Shown here: one piece after another, positions 26,498-40,840 of the stretch
Layout of the letters: each line of letters starts with the position of its first letter
Numbering within the stretch: position 1 is the first letter of the stretch
DNA from: Octopus vulgaris
Taxonomy: Eukaryota
Length of the DNA: 64,000 bases
Reading direction: 5' to 3'
Assembly (NCBI GenBank): GCA_951406725.2
Contig: OX597830.1
Location: forward strand, 4,278,001-4,342,000
Translations under genes and position numbers: made by a program
Notes under the pieces: generated by a model
What the model saw: only the letters and a program-made list of their open reading frames with translations
What the model was told of the DNA's origin: nothing
Database searches by the model: none

Positions 26498-27665
26498 CTA
26501 TTACACTAAGCCACAAAATATTTGCTACTCTTAGATGAAATGGTAATCATAGGTAATTCATGAGTGCTGATTCCAAATCTGCAATCATTTTTACTCTAGC
26601 ACATCATGTTTTTGCGCTATCATTATTATACTGCTATCAAAATTACAGTAATGTGAAAATTCATGACAAACATGAGGGGCCCACAGTTTATCTTGGTCTC
26701 CAACTCTGCACCCAAAGTAAAGCTTGTAAGAATTAAAAAAATTTTGGTGTAAATTTTCCCCACATGTAACAAAAGCTGATCAGGTGATTAACACAAACTT
26801 TTCTGCTCTTATGTACAGTAATAACCTAAATCAACCCTCAAGGAAGCCTATAAGTAAACTAAAAAATATAAAATTAATCAACAGTAAATGTGGCTGTAAA
26901 ACATCAAAATATATTTCTAAAAACAAAAAAATCATTGAAATTATTATGGAATGTACTGAAACAATGGCTGTCATGAAAGAATTTTTCCATCTCTAAATTT
27001 CAAACATTGATCACTTTAATAAATACCTAAACTTACTACTAAACTACTTTTCATATAACTTGGCTCTTTTATTTGATGTGCTTTGTTTTAACAGCATTAG
27101 CAGTTATCAAGAAAAGGGAATCCGAGTGGCTTACTATAACCTAATATCAACAGCCTACTGTGAGGAGAACTTTATCATAATTACAGCAATAACAAAGTAA
27201 AATAAATCCTCATCTGGTGTGGCAATTTATTTTTGTTTCAGTGATTAGTATTTGAATGAAAATCGAAAGCAAATGGCCAACTACTTTGTCAATTGGTTGC
27301 GAAAGCTGATGCTGTGAATAACTTAAAAAACTACACGTGCTGTCTGAAAACTGATGTCAGATTCAGCAACCTAAAGTTACCCTAAATCAGCTGAAAAAGT
27401 TTAAATAGCATGACAAAAATTTTTTTTTATGACCCAGTGTTTTCTATATGTGTATCTTTGTGTCTGTGTTTGTTTCCCACTACTGCTTGCATCCGGTGTT
27501 GGTGTGGTTACATCCTCATAACCAAGCTGTTTGTCAAAAGTGACCAATCGAATAAATACCAGGCTTTAAAAAAAAGATATATACGCACTGGGGTTGATTT
27601 CTTTGACCAACAGTTCTACAAGGCTGGGCCCCAGGATGGCACAAGTAAAAGACAAAAGATATGAA
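26290..27665 (+). mobile_element. SINE family A1 interrupted by a DNA transposon
   Basis: Head ~26290-26445, (TA)n, inserted element 26504-27439, 3' module ~27445-27665. Confidence 0.7.
26504..27439 (+). mobile_element. Non-autonomous Chapaev3-like (CMC superfamily) DNA transposon
   Basis: TIRs cactaagccacaaaa / ttttatgacccagtg; flanks TTA and TTT (TWA-type TSD, one mismatch); subterminal gtgctgattccaaatctg and cagattcagc; decayed RYQG-W-ADY-like coding trace near 27100-27140. Confidence 0.6.
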
Positions 27666-28018
27666 TGTAGCCAGTAACAGTTATGAACAGACCCATTTTT
27701 GTAACGGAAGGGGTCGATGAAGTTGTTCCATGAATGTATGAGTGTGTGAGTAATTAAGACTGGATTGGGTGATAGCAGAATGGTTGAGTGAAAAGGATGG
27801 AGAAGCAAATATCAGAAGACAAAAGGCCCGAGGGAAGGGGAGGAGGAGAATCTGTTGGTGGAAATTGAGACTGCCAATGCCCTGACACTGCCCCCACGCA
27901 CACCCTGCCCAAACGGAAACGAAATACTGAAAGAACTGGCTGAATGATAAGTTGGCCAATGAGATCAGAATGGAGATGGCCAGAAAGCTAATGTTGTTGA
28001 TGTAGTGATTGTGATTGT

Positions 28019-28050
<32 letters not shown>

Positions 28051-28577
28051 GTGATGTATTATGTTTGTGATTTCTTTGTCGGCCTTTTTTTACCACCAAG
28101 GAAATTATTGCAGATTAGTTTTAAGCAAGAATAAAAGAAGTGGTCTGCCTTATGAGAGGAGGAGTTAAGTCTGTTGTTCCCGAAATGACATTTGCTGCTG
28201 CTGCAGCAGGAATAGATGAGTATTATAGAGAAGAGAAAGATGAGAAGCAAGGAAAAGAGGAAAGAAGAGAAGAGAGAGAGAAGATAAGGTAGTATCGGAC
28301 AATTTGTTGTTAAGAAGTTACTGGTTCTGTGTTGCTTCCATTACAAGGACACTTGACTGTCTCAGTAACTGGTTGGTTGGTTGGTTGGCTGGTTGGTTAC
28401 CCAGAAACTTTGAGACATTGCGAACAGGACAAAAATAGGGTAAGTCAAGCATGGAAGATAATATTAGAAGTTTAGAATCAGATATGGAGAGGTTGTAAAG
28501 AAACTTGTCAATGAAATTGATCTATACTTTGCTTTCTGGGGGTAAAGTTTTATCTGAGATTGATTCTGAAACAAGAC

Positions 28578-28872
28578 ATCATCATCATCATCATCATCAT
28601 CATCATTTTAATCCCCACCTATCTATACTAGCATTGGTCAGACTGAATTTATTGACATAGATTTTCTCTTGTTGTTTCGAACTATTGCACAATGTCAAGA
28701 CAAGCATTCATACACAAACACAATGAGCTTCAGTACAGTTTCTATCAGCCAATTTTCATTTAGAAGGCATTGGTTAGCCTGAGATTACAGTAGAAGACAT
28801 TTAACAAAAAATCTCCTGCAATGGAACTGTACCTGAGTCCTTGTGGCTGTGAAGTGAGCTTCTGAGCCACAA
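28578..28872 (-). mobile_element. SINE family A2, diverged
   Basis: (cat)n tail at left; family A head (gtagaagacattt..caa...tggaactg) at right. Confidence 0.55.
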
Positions 28873-29049
28873 GGACCCTTCCCAATAATTCTGGATTTTG
28901 TCTCTAAGATGTGCCCTGTCTTTGTGAGGAATAAAAAATATCAATGAAAACCAGTAGGAAACACTGAGAAAATATTACCTGCTAACTTTTCTTATGAGTA
29001 ATTAGCAAGTAATTAAAAGCTAATGATTGCCTGGTTTAAATGGTACAGG

Positions 29050-29231
29050 GTGCTGCTGTCATGTAAAATGACCCCAGTGCACTCTGTAAAGTGTTTGGCT
29101 TTAAGAAGGGCATCAAGCCATAGGAACCAAGCCAAAACTGACAATGGAGCCTGGTGCTGTCCTCAGGCTAGTCTGCATCTATTAAATTATGCCAACAGGG
29201 AAAATGGACATTAAATGATGATGATGATGAT
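29050..29231 (+). mobile_element. Family E copy with (GAT)n tail
   Basis: catgtaaaatgacccc..gcactctgtaaag...aagggcatc...ggacattaaatgatgatg. Confidence 0.7.
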
Positions 29232-32200
29232 CGTAGTGAGTGAAAGATATTGGGGAAAGAAACAGAAAGCATTAAGCAAATACAGGAATTTTTTGAATGC
29301 AATGTAGAATCTGTGAAGCAGTATCTAGTATTTACGTTTCAAATAAATGTAGAAATATGTAAATAAATCAGTTAACAGTGCATCTTGAAGCAAATACAGC
29401 TATAAATAATAGTTTGTAATACAGTGAACTCAAAACTAACTTGGTGAGAGAAAGAAGACCAATGCCTGTGAGACAATGACAGAAATATTAATACCAACGT
29501 AACCTTCAATCTCTCTCTTCTGTCTGTAGATATTTTAATCTAAGGAGTTTTAGTCTTATATCACATGCTGTTATCTACAACTGTTTTTACTTCAAAATAA
29601 TTTGTTAAGTGACTTCCCTCACTGGTATTGGACAAACTTCTTTATCTAAAAGAATTAACTTACTCTTAGTAATCAGTTACATTTGATTCACTGTCAACTA
29701 TTAATATCTCAATGACCAAATTTCTAAAGAAACACACTGCCAGTGTGTTTTGGTTGAATTTTTAAAAAATAAACAAGAAATTTGAAGTATTCAGCAAAAT
29801 AACTGATTTTTCTTCATTAAATTGTATATTTAGTTAGAAGCATAACTAAAGTTTCTGGTATTAAATATTAATGGAAGGTTTTAATTTAAGAATGAACTCT
29901 TTTAGAGGTTTTGTATCAAAGAAGCAGAGGTGGTCTCAGTTGGGTTGATATCAAAAAGATTAATGCGAGAAAAAAATGATTTTTCTTTCAACATTAGCAT
30001 GAGGTAACACCATTTAATATTTACCAGAAGTAAATGTGAAATTCTGATGTTTATAGCTGTCTTGTAGCTGTTGTAGTTGCACATTTTATGAGAATATATA
30101 TTTACTGGAAGGAAGATAGGTCGAGCTAAAAATATTTTTTTCTTTTTGTTATTACTGGTTAAATTTTAATTAAGAATAACTTGTCAGATGTTTTCTAATT
30201 ATCAATGGAAGTCAGTTAATAAAATATCACTTGAAAGCTATTCATTGATGAAATTCTGTGAAGTAAATTGAGTCAAGAAAAAAAGTCTCCTCATAATCAG
30301 ATTTTTACCCTAAAAATTAGTGTAAGTTCACATGATTTCATTTTGTAGTCCCTTGTGGAACTGGTCTAGTCTATAGGCTTTAGACACCATAAACAACATA
30401 TAAACTCAACTCTATTAACCCCTTTTTGAACTCTTTTATATTAGATATTGCCTGGATTATGATTGATGTGAGGGGTTTAGCTATTCTGTTATAGAAATGG
30501 TTGGGAACAAAAATCAAAATAATTCCAGAAATAATGTTTGCAGTTTTTAGGTATTTTTTGTTATAATCAATGCTTGTTTAAATAGTAATTTTTTTGCATG
30601 AATTAGTGGTGAAAGATCAAAAGAGTTACTTTAAATTATTGTCATTGTACTGAGGAAAGAAGCAGCTCAAAGCAACAATGCTGTAGTCAATGCCGACAAA
30701 ACTATGGTTTGAGTTGGTCATTGTGTTGATTGAAACTTTATGAAATGAGAAGAAGCTATCTTTTGAATTTCATTGAATAATGTGAGGGGGAACATGTTAT
30801 TTCACATATAAAAGTAATGTTCAAAACCACAATTCAACTATGATATGATAGGGGTGAAATTTGCTGAAATTTAAAGGGAAAATTATTATATTGTGTACAA
30901 GAATCAGCCCTTTTCTTTTCTATTTTGTTTTGTTTTGTTTCATCTTTTATTGAAATGGACAAAAGATAGAATGGTTGTTACAGGTTCAGCTAAGAGCTAC
31001 TTCATACATTCCGGCACACCATAGGTGACCAGTGGATGATAGAGTTTTTGGAATGGTATTCATTGCTTTCTCATTCTCCTTCTGTTTCCATTTCTGTTCC
31101 TCTTTCTCCCTTTCTTAACATGCTTCTTTTTACTTCCCCTCTTTCTACTTTCACTATCTTCTCTGACTCTCTTCTGACAGAATGAGAAGTCATTGAGTTT
31201 TAACGTGGTTAAATGTTATTGCTGTATTCTTAATTGAGGCTGTCAGGAATCTAAAAAGAAAATGTTATTCGCTCTTCACTTGTATAAAGTTCATTGGACA
31301 CAAATTGGATGATGGGATAAAATAGCAATAGTGCTGGACAATTAAGTTAAACCGAACAACTGAGAAGAAAAATTTCTTTTGTCTAATTTTGGGTTTATTT
31401 TGTTATTGTTTTACTTTTCATTTGTAATGATTGAGTAATTAATGTCTAACAGCAGTGATTACTTACTACTAGTAGTAGTATTTTACTAATGGATTTAACA
31501 GCATTAATGGAATAATACAGACTGGTGAAGGAATCTTGCCAGCATTTACTAAGAAGACATTGGCAATGTTTTGCTATGATGGTCTTCTTTAATAAGAAAT
31601 ACTGGCTTTGACTGTAGCCTTCAGCTAGTTTCATTTCGTATCACAGTTTCTCTAATGAAATACTTTCCTTCTTTTCTTTTCTTTTCTTTTTTTTTATTTG
31701 GTTTTTCATGACAACAATCCATTAGCCATAGCATTTTAAATCAAACACTTCTCTCCCTGGCCATCTCTGTTCTCTCACTTTATCTCCCTCCATCTTTTTC
31801 CTTTCTCCCTTTCTCTCTGACATTAGAATGTACATGCCTAAACATCCATAAATGTACTTTCACATTTACCACAAATTCATACATACGTGCACACACACAC
31901 ACACACATGTGTATGTAAACATACTAAAAATAGATGGGAACAAAGAGTCTACAAACTTACTGACCTATTGTAAGCCATTGAATAATTTAGCCATAAATGT
32001 TTGCTTCTTTCATGTCAGATATTTTCTTCTCTCTTATTCATTGCTTTGTAACTTTAACTGATTCATTGTAAGAAGGAGAATGGAGCCAAGAAGAGTTTTT
32101 GCACGCAACAGTTTCCCTTGGTTATGTGCTATACTTCCTCAGTCAGAGCTTCCTTTAACACCTTTTTCAGTTCATCCTGTTATCACTCTCTATTTACTAC

Positions 32201-32267
32201 AGGTGTAAACAGTTCTTTTACCAATTAAACAAAATTTCAGTCTGAGAGATGGCAGTGGTTTGTTGTA

Positions 32268-32462
32268 GTCATTATCGTTTAACGTCTGCTTTCCATGCTA
32301 GCATGGGTTGGACGATTTTGACTGAAGGCTGGCAAACCAGATGGCTGCACCAAGCTCCAATCTTGATCTGGCAGAGTTTCTACAGCTGGATGCCCTTCCT
32401 AACGCCAACCACTCCGAGAGTGTAGTGGGTGCTTTTTATGTGCCACCGCCACGGGTGCCAGT
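32268..32462 (-). mobile_element. Family E copy, well conserved
   Basis: cgtttaacgtctgctttccatgctagcatgggttggacg...ggatgcccttcctaacgccaaccactccgagagtgtagtgggtgc. Confidence 0.85.
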
Positions 32463-34912
32463 AATACCATTAAAATTGAGTTCAAAATCAAAAATTTCAA
32501 TCAAACTTATTTAAAAATTGTCAACAACAGGAAAAGACACAAAAATAATAAAACTATGAATGACAGTCTTCTAATGTCAAAGATAATACTAACAACATCC
32601 ACAACTACCATCTATACATTCTCGGTTTCACTTTCATTTTAACATTTCTTCTGCATATGTTTTTCTCTCTTCTTCTCAACAGCAGCAGTTTTTCCCTACA
32701 GCTCTAACTCATTTCTATTTTCACAGATTTAATAACTTTATATAGAAAAATGGTTTCACTACTAATCAAATTGGTTGCTAATATTTAATTAATTCTGTGC
32801 TAATTATGGCATATCTTGCTTCCTGTCTTGATGTTTGTTACATTTTCATGGTACATTTTCTTTCAAACTTTTTGATGTTGAAAACATCTTTTTTATTTTA
32901 ATTTATTTATACTTTTTTTTTTAGATTTTTACTTGGTATGATTCTATTTAACATTATTTTCATCTAATTTCTCTTTAGGGAAATAATTCCTATTTTTTTT
33001 CTTTTGGTGGAGAAATGAATAGTTTATAGTCAACTCTACCTATGTTATTATCTAACTCTACCCATGCCATTATATCTGAGTGTGTGTGTGTTTAATGTGT
33101 ATATATTTATATACATATATAGATGTATGTGCATGTGTGTATGTATAGGCATTTAATACATGCATGTGTGTGTGTAGATAGGTATATATGTCTGAGTCTG
33201 TTTGGATATGTCAGAGTTGATAAAATTTTAGCTTCATTACTCGTATAAGACTGCTTTATAAAGAAATATCCCTCAATGTTGGCCTATTGTTAGATGCTCA
33301 AGCTAGATTTGAACTCACAATCATTCATTTTGACTCATGTATTATGATTGTTACCAATTCTGGAGGTTTAGACTGTATCTGCTATAATATTTGAATTTGA
33401 GCTTTTTAGTAAATTCATCCAATGAGACTAGATTCTCCACCAGGAACTCTTTCTCTAATGTTTCTACAGCATTATCTTCAAACTGTCCTCTGTAATTCTT
33501 TATCTATAATTAACACTTCCATCTCATAATGGAAAACTAATAATTTATATTTCTACATCCTACGTAAACTAACAACATTCCTCATTGTTATATATTTCGA
33601 AACTGTATCAAAATTAAATCCCTATTTAATTTCCTTAAATTTTCAAATTACATACTTTAAAACGAAACAAACAAAAACTCTTAAACACTCCAGTTATCAT
33701 CTGTTATTTTCCACACATTTTACAGTTCATTTCAAGTATTTCTACACAGAATTAGCTTCCCATGGCCCACACAAGCACTTTTTTTTTTGTTTATATCTAG
33801 TAATTAACAGCTGAGATAACAGGTCAGGCTGCAGTTGTAAATCAAATATTTCATTGGTGCTGTATTACACAAGTGTTGGGCAGTGGTGTTATTCATACTT
33901 TCACCTATATAAAGACATTCACAAAAACTGTTTAATGATTGTTTTGATATATATTTGATTCCACTTGATAACAGCAAGTCTCAGTCTAGTTTCTCGTACT
34001 TTTCCAGTGGTTCTCATTACACTAACACATCCAATACAAACTCAGATTATCTTCAATTTAAACAGACAACACGATAAGACAGCTCTGATTTGTTTAAACT
34101 TGAAATTAGATAGCGTTTAGGTAAGAAGAGGAAATTTGGGGAACAACTTCGCAGCAAATATCAAATAAGAATTTGGAGGTAGGGTGGGAATGGAGGGAGG
34201 GTTAGAACCAGTGCAGCAAAAGAATAAGAAGCGAAGCTGATACATCCTGAGAATTTAAATATGAAAGACCAGCTGATGCCTTTTCTTGATAATATTTTGT
34301 TAAATCTGAGTGAACTGGACACAGTTTCTTTTGAATAAAAACATTAGTGAGAGGAGCCTGGGGTGAAAGAGGTGAACTAACCCTAAAAATAAAAATAACA
34401 AGCTCTTGTTTTTGCATAATGGAAGAAACCACTGTTTGCCATTTCTTTTCTATTTTTCTTCTTTGTTTTATCTTTTTATTCTACAGATTTTTCCATAGAT
34501 TTGAAAGAAAATGTTGAGAAGAAGCATATGTGAATGAACAGTTCAGTCATTATATTCTTATCAGCAAGGAAATAAACCAGTTTGAGCAGAATATAGTTAC
34601 TATGTTCTAAATATCTCTACGGAAAACTTTTAAAAAACAACCACCACAAATGTAGTGGGGATGGTCATGGGTTATAGATACTGGCAGCAATGAAAATAAA
34701 CACCTTTCTTTGACATGGCATAATTTCAAAGATTTTTCAGAGGTGAAAATTAAGTAATTTGGAAGATTAAGTTCCTGGAAGCTGAACATGTCCTCACTGA
34801 AGTTCTAATGAGAAATCCAAGATTATAGATTATTTGTAGTACAATTTTTCAGATTATACATATACAAGTAAAAATACCATATATACATGCATGTGTACTT
34901 ATATCTGTGACC

Positions 34913-34946
34913 ATCTATCTATCTGTCTGTCTGTCTACCTACCTAC

Positions 34947-35026
<80 letters not shown>

Positions 35027-35043
35027 ATGTTTGCGTGTGTGTA

Positions 35044-35076
<33 letters not shown>
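34913..35076. repeat. (CTAT)n/(TG)n/(TA)n compound microsatellite
   Basis: Seen directly. Confidence 0.95.
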
Positions 35077-35082
<6 letters not shown>

Positions 35083-35377
35083 ATCACGTGACCGACCAGA
35101 CCATCAGATGTTGTTACACATCGCTGGTCACAATGCGTTCGCATTGTTTTAGCCTTCGAATGACGCCACCCTGCTGGCTAAGCGAGCAGGCCAACAGAAG
35201 AAAGAGTGGGAGAAAGAGTGGTGAAAGAGTACAGCAGGGATCACCACCCCTTGCCGGAGCCTCGTGGAACTTTTAGGTGTTTTCGCTCAATAAACATTCA
35301 CAACGCCCGATCTGGGAATCGAAACCGCGATCCTGCAACCGCGAGTCCGCTGCCCTAACCACTAGGCCATTGCGCCT

Positions 35378-35380
<3 letters not shown>
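35076..35380 (-). mobile_element. tRNA(Arg)-like SINE (OR1-like), young full-length copy
   Basis: Minus strand ggaggcgcaaTGGCCTAGTGGttagggcagcggactcgcgg...GTTTCGATTCC (A and B boxes); CpG-rich; second copy at 62940-63211. Confidence 0.85.
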
Positions 35381-35441
<61 letters not shown>

Positions 35442-35442
<1 letters not shown>

Positions 35443-35848
35443 GGTGCAGGAGTAGCTGTGTGGTAAGTAGCTTGTTTACCAACCACATGATTCTGGGTTC
35501 ATTCCCACTGCATGGCACCTTGGGCACGTGTTGTCTGCTATAGCCTAAGGCCGACCAAAGCCTTGTGAGTGGATTTGGTAGATGGAAACTGAAAGAAGCC
35601 AGTCGTATATATGTATATATGTGTGTATGTATATATGTGTGTCTGTGTTTGTCCTCCCCACCATTGTTTGACAACCGATGATGGTGTGTTTATGTCCCTG
35701 TATCTAAGCAGTTTGGCAAAAAAATATCAATAGAATATGTACTAAGCTTACAAAGAATAAGTCCTGGAGTCGATTTGCTCAACTAAAGGCGGTGCTCCAG
35801 CATGGCCACAGTCATATGACTGAAACAAGTAAAAGAGTAAAAAGAGTA
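35442..35848 (+). mobile_element. SINE family A1, full length
   Basis: Collinear with 2659-3075; (gtaaaaga)n tail. Confidence 0.88.
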
Positions 35849-36019
35849 TACATCTAATATAAGAATAACATTTTTTAAGAAAAATTTTATCAGTGGCCAG
35901 AATATTAAAATACCTTTCAAGGTGAAAATTATAAATAAGGGCAAAAGAAAAGAATTTCTATTTAGATATATTTGGGGTACTTAAATCTACTCATGACTTT
36001 GCATCTGCTTTTTCTGTGG

Positions 36020-36179
36020 GTATATGTAAGTGTTCTTACTAAGCATAGGGTTTCAGGTTCAGTCCCACTGCGTGGCACCTTGGGCAAATGTCTTCTATTA
36101 TAGCCTCAGGCCGTCCAAAGCCTTATGAGTGGAATTGGCTGACGGAAATTGAAAGAAGCTCATTGTGTGTGTGTGTGTA

Positions 36180-36222
<43 letters not shown>

Positions 36223-36428
36223 TTATATATATGTGTGTGTGTGTTTGTGTTTTTGTTCCCCCCACCATCGCTTGGCAACTGATGCTGGTGTGTTTATGTC
36301 CTTGTTACCTTGCGGTTCAGCAAAAGAGACCAATATAATAAGTCCTGGGGGTGATTTGTTTGACTAAAGGTGGTGCTCCAGCATGGCCACAGTCAAATGA
36401 CTGAACAAGTAAAAGGATAAAAGAAAAA
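36020..36428 (+). mobile_element. SINE family A1, near full length
   Basis: ggttcagtcccactgcgtggcaccttgggcaaa...(TA)n...gtgctccagcatggccacagtcaaatgactgaacaagtaaaag. Confidence 0.85.
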
Positions 36429-37185
36429 ATATATATATGCACACACACACATTCACATAAATTATTAAAAAGAAACAGAGGAAACCTGAATAATGTAGAA
36501 AACAAAATAGACACTTTTCCAATTTTATACTTCAACATTTATCATTTTTCACTTATTAAAAGCTGTTTTCAAAAAATTGAAAAAAAAAAAGAAAAAAATT
36601 AATCAAATATTGTTATGTTTTCCTAGTTGGAACGTAAAGATGTATGAGATAGTGCAACTATGTTTTGTTTTCTGCATTGTTAGGCTTTCAATTCTGTTTC
36701 TATGGTAACATTATAAGACAATGTATCTAGAAACCTCATCTATTTCAGTTACATATGTTACTTGAAGCCAGATGTTTCAAGCTAATTTATTAATTAACAT
36801 TAACATTTCTGAAAAAAAATTTGAACATTAAAAATTTTAAAGTTGGTCAGCTAACGAACATTTGGAAAGAATGCCAAAGAATGGTGAATCTGCTGCTAAT
36901 GAGGTGAAATCAGAAATTTTTTTATAAGTCTTCAGGCCTTGACAACAACATTTGATTTTAACAAAAAATATTTTTTGGAAAAGAAGTTTTTATAGTTGAA
37001 TATGCAAAGCTGTGAAGATATTTAAAATGATCAAACTGTATGATTTTATGCACTGTTGTGGCTTTTTTTTTTCTCTCTTTCTCTAATCAGAGAAACATAA
37101 GACAATACTTTTACAGGCCACTTTTCTTTCAGTTACACACACATACATACATGCATATATATGTGTGTATATATATATGTGTGTA

Positions 37186-37225
<40 letters not shown>

Positions 37226-37526
37226 TATACATCATACATACATATATATCATATATTTCTATTTCGCCTTGTTTTCCCTTTCTCTAAATCATGTCACCCA
37301 TGTAACAAGAAATGCATTGAACCTACCCATTTTAACCCCTACCTACCCCTATCCACATTACTACTGCTCCTTCCTATCACAGGATGGTATCAGATAGTCT
37401 TGTATTCCATATACTTTATCAGTACCATTTCTTTATTTCCAGTCATAACTCTCTTGTCTTCCAAGATCCTTCATATTGGTATCCATCATTCCCTCAATGT
37501 ATTACCCACCAGTATTATCGTCTCCC

Positions 37527-37528
<2 letters not shown>

Positions 37529-37617
<89 letters not shown>
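37529..37617. repeat. (CT)n microsatellite
   Basis: Seen directly. Confidence 0.95.
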
Positions 37618-37619
<2 letters not shown>

Positions 37620-38174
37620 AATCCAGTCATTCAGTTCGTAGAGACATCCTCATGTCTCATTCACTCACCTATCCTGGTTTTCTTTTATCAAAACTCTCTT
37701 GCTCTCCTCTTCTCTGTCTCTGTCATGTTGCTTTGAGGAAAAGAAATACATCATAGAGCAGTGAGGACACTTATGAGGTTCAAGGCAACCTCACTGAAGC
37801 TGGTGCCAAGACAAAATGCATGCATTACACACTCTGTAAAGAGGTAGGTGATAGGAAAGGCATCCAACCACAAGAATCAAATTTAAAATGTGACAAACGA
37901 GTGAAATATGGCCGTCTAACTCCTGCTCATAGAAGAACTGACTCAGATGGTGCCTCTTTATCTGAAGTAGATTTAAAGTGACAATGTTGACGAAATATTC
38001 TTATGCAAAAGTGAATATATATAGATATATACATGCACATGCATGCAATCATATAATAACAAAATAATATTTAAACATATGCATATGTACATACATATAT
38101 GTACATACCTACATATATATGTATATATACCTGCATATACAGGACACCAAAAAATCGTCGAACACAAAGATGTA

Positions 38175-38254
38175 GGTATGTACATATATGTATGTATATA
38201 TGCATATATATATGCATATGTTTATATATATATGTAAATATATATATATATGTG

Positions 38255-38307
<53 letters not shown>

Positions 38308-38308
38308 G

Positions 38309-38399
<91 letters not shown>

Positions 38400-38432
38400 G
38401 TATATGTCTATATATATATATATATGTATATA
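38175..38432. repeat. (TA)n/(TATG)n compound microsatellite
   Basis: Seen directly. Confidence 0.95.
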
Positions 38433-38454
38433 TCTACTTTATTATTATAATTGT

Positions 38455-38660
38455 TGTTATTGTTGTTGTTGTCATCATCATTGGAACATCAGACAAAATT
38501 ATTCTTTGCAGTTCTTTACATTCAGATTCCAAATCCAGTCACAGCTGACTTTGTCTGACATCCTTTAGAAGTTCTTAAAATAAGATACCAGTCATGTACT
38601 GTGGTTGATGTAATTGATAAACCCCCTCCCCTTGTATTGCTGGTTAAAATTCAAAATTAT
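38455..38660 (+). mobile_element. SINE family B, diverged
   Basis: gctgactttgtctgacatcctttag...aataagataccagtcatgtactgtggttgatgtaattgat. Confidence 0.6.
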
Positions 38661-39449
38661 AGTATTTTGCTATTGTGGTGATGGTGAGCAAAGCCACAAG
38701 AATACATGACAAAAGCTGATTTTTATGTAGCATCATTTTCACATCGAGGAGATGGAAATAAGTCTGATATAATAAATACCAGTTATATAACAGGCTCCAT
38801 CGACTACAACCCTCCTCCATAACTTATCACAATATACTTGTTTAAAAATTTCTCTATTTTATAAACTACATCTTACCTTGATTGTCCCTATTATGTTGAT
38901 GGAGATAAAAGAAACTTCAATAAAAGCTGTCACATGTTGCCTTCCATTGTGACTGCTTTCCATAGTTCTAGCTGAGAACATAAAGCTGACATTTCTTAAA
39001 CTTCAAAGATAAGCACAAAACAATAAGTAAAAAAAACCCCACATAAAACTGAAATTGTCCAATAGATATTTTCCCACATCACACATATTTCATAATGAAT
39101 TCTTAATTAGTCATAAACCCCTCAAGATCAGCAAACTTCAAGTTCAAAGGTATTATAATCATTGTTTATAGTTAGTGTTTATTTTCCTAATTCTATAATG
39201 ATAATGTCTGTAAGCATAAGCTGCAGGTGGTGGCAGTGTGAGGGAAGGGGCTGTTGATTGGCCCATATATCAATATGTTATTATATTAGTTATTTAACTG
39301 ACTTTACGAAAAGATGAAAGACATGTCTGACCTGACGTAGTTAGTATTTAAGCACCAGCAACTGGGAAACAAAATTATACCAGTTCATGCAAGCCAGATT
39401 TCTACTGTTTGAGCCAATAATTCTCATGGAATATAATAATGTGTTTGCA

Positions 39450-39581
39450 CATATGTGTGTGTGTGTGCGTATATATATATATATATATATTATGTATGTA
39501 TGCATATGTATGTATATATATATGCGCATGTATGTACATATATATATATACATATGTATATATATATATAATATATGTATG

Positions 39582-39626
<45 letters not shown>

Positions 39627-39715
39627 GTGTGTATATATATATATGCGTATGTATGTATATGTACATATGTATATATATATACATATATATGCTTATGTAT
39701 GTATATATATATATA

Positions 39716-39751
<36 letters not shown>
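39450..39751. repeat. (TA)n/(TATG)n compound microsatellite
   Basis: Seen directly. Confidence 0.95.
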
Positions 39752-39754
<3 letters not shown>

Positions 39755-39908
39755 CCTTGATCAACCAGTCCGTCGGGCGTTCATTTGACACCGCTTGTCA
39801 CAGCACACTGTCCACTCCTCCCTAGATCGTGCCTTCCTCATCCACGTAGTCCCAATCACTCTCCTAAAATTATAACTCCACCATCGTGGAAGTCGACCAA
39901 GTAGTCAC
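39752..39908 (-). mobile_element. CpG-rich retroposon 3' fragment related to the OR1-like SINE tail
   Basis: tgatcaaccagtccgtcgggcgtt...acaccgcttgtcaca resembles tgaccgaccagaccatcagatgtt...acatcgctggtcaca at ~35088-35132. Confidence 0.5.
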
Positions 39909-39936
39909 TTCTAGCTGAGAACATAAAGCTGATATT

Positions 39937-40656
<720 letters not shown>

Positions 40657-40658
<2 letters not shown>

Positions 40659-40840
40659 GTTAAAATTTACAAAAAACAAAAGACAAAGACAGGTGTATAA
40701 ACAGCAAACAGGTGTATTAGTTTGAAGCTCGGGGAAAGTGAAAAAGTCTTTTACGTTTCGAGCCTATGCTCTTCAACAGAATTGAATACGAGGAAATAAA
40801 CAGAGAGAGAATAAAAAAAACTTGTGGATTTAGGGATCAA
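40657..40840 (-). mobile_element. Short Penelope-like repeat carrying a minimal hammerhead-like motif
   Basis: Minus strand CTGTTGA-A-GAGC-atag-GCTC-GAAA-CG-TA-aaag (40779 down to 40748); homologous to 12621-12804; abuts (TA)n. Confidence 0.6.

Noticed and set aside
34202-34432. Minus-strand ORF behind an acceptor-like tttttag
   Set aside because: No convincing donor or recognisable protein; such sites are frequent by chance in AT-rich DNA
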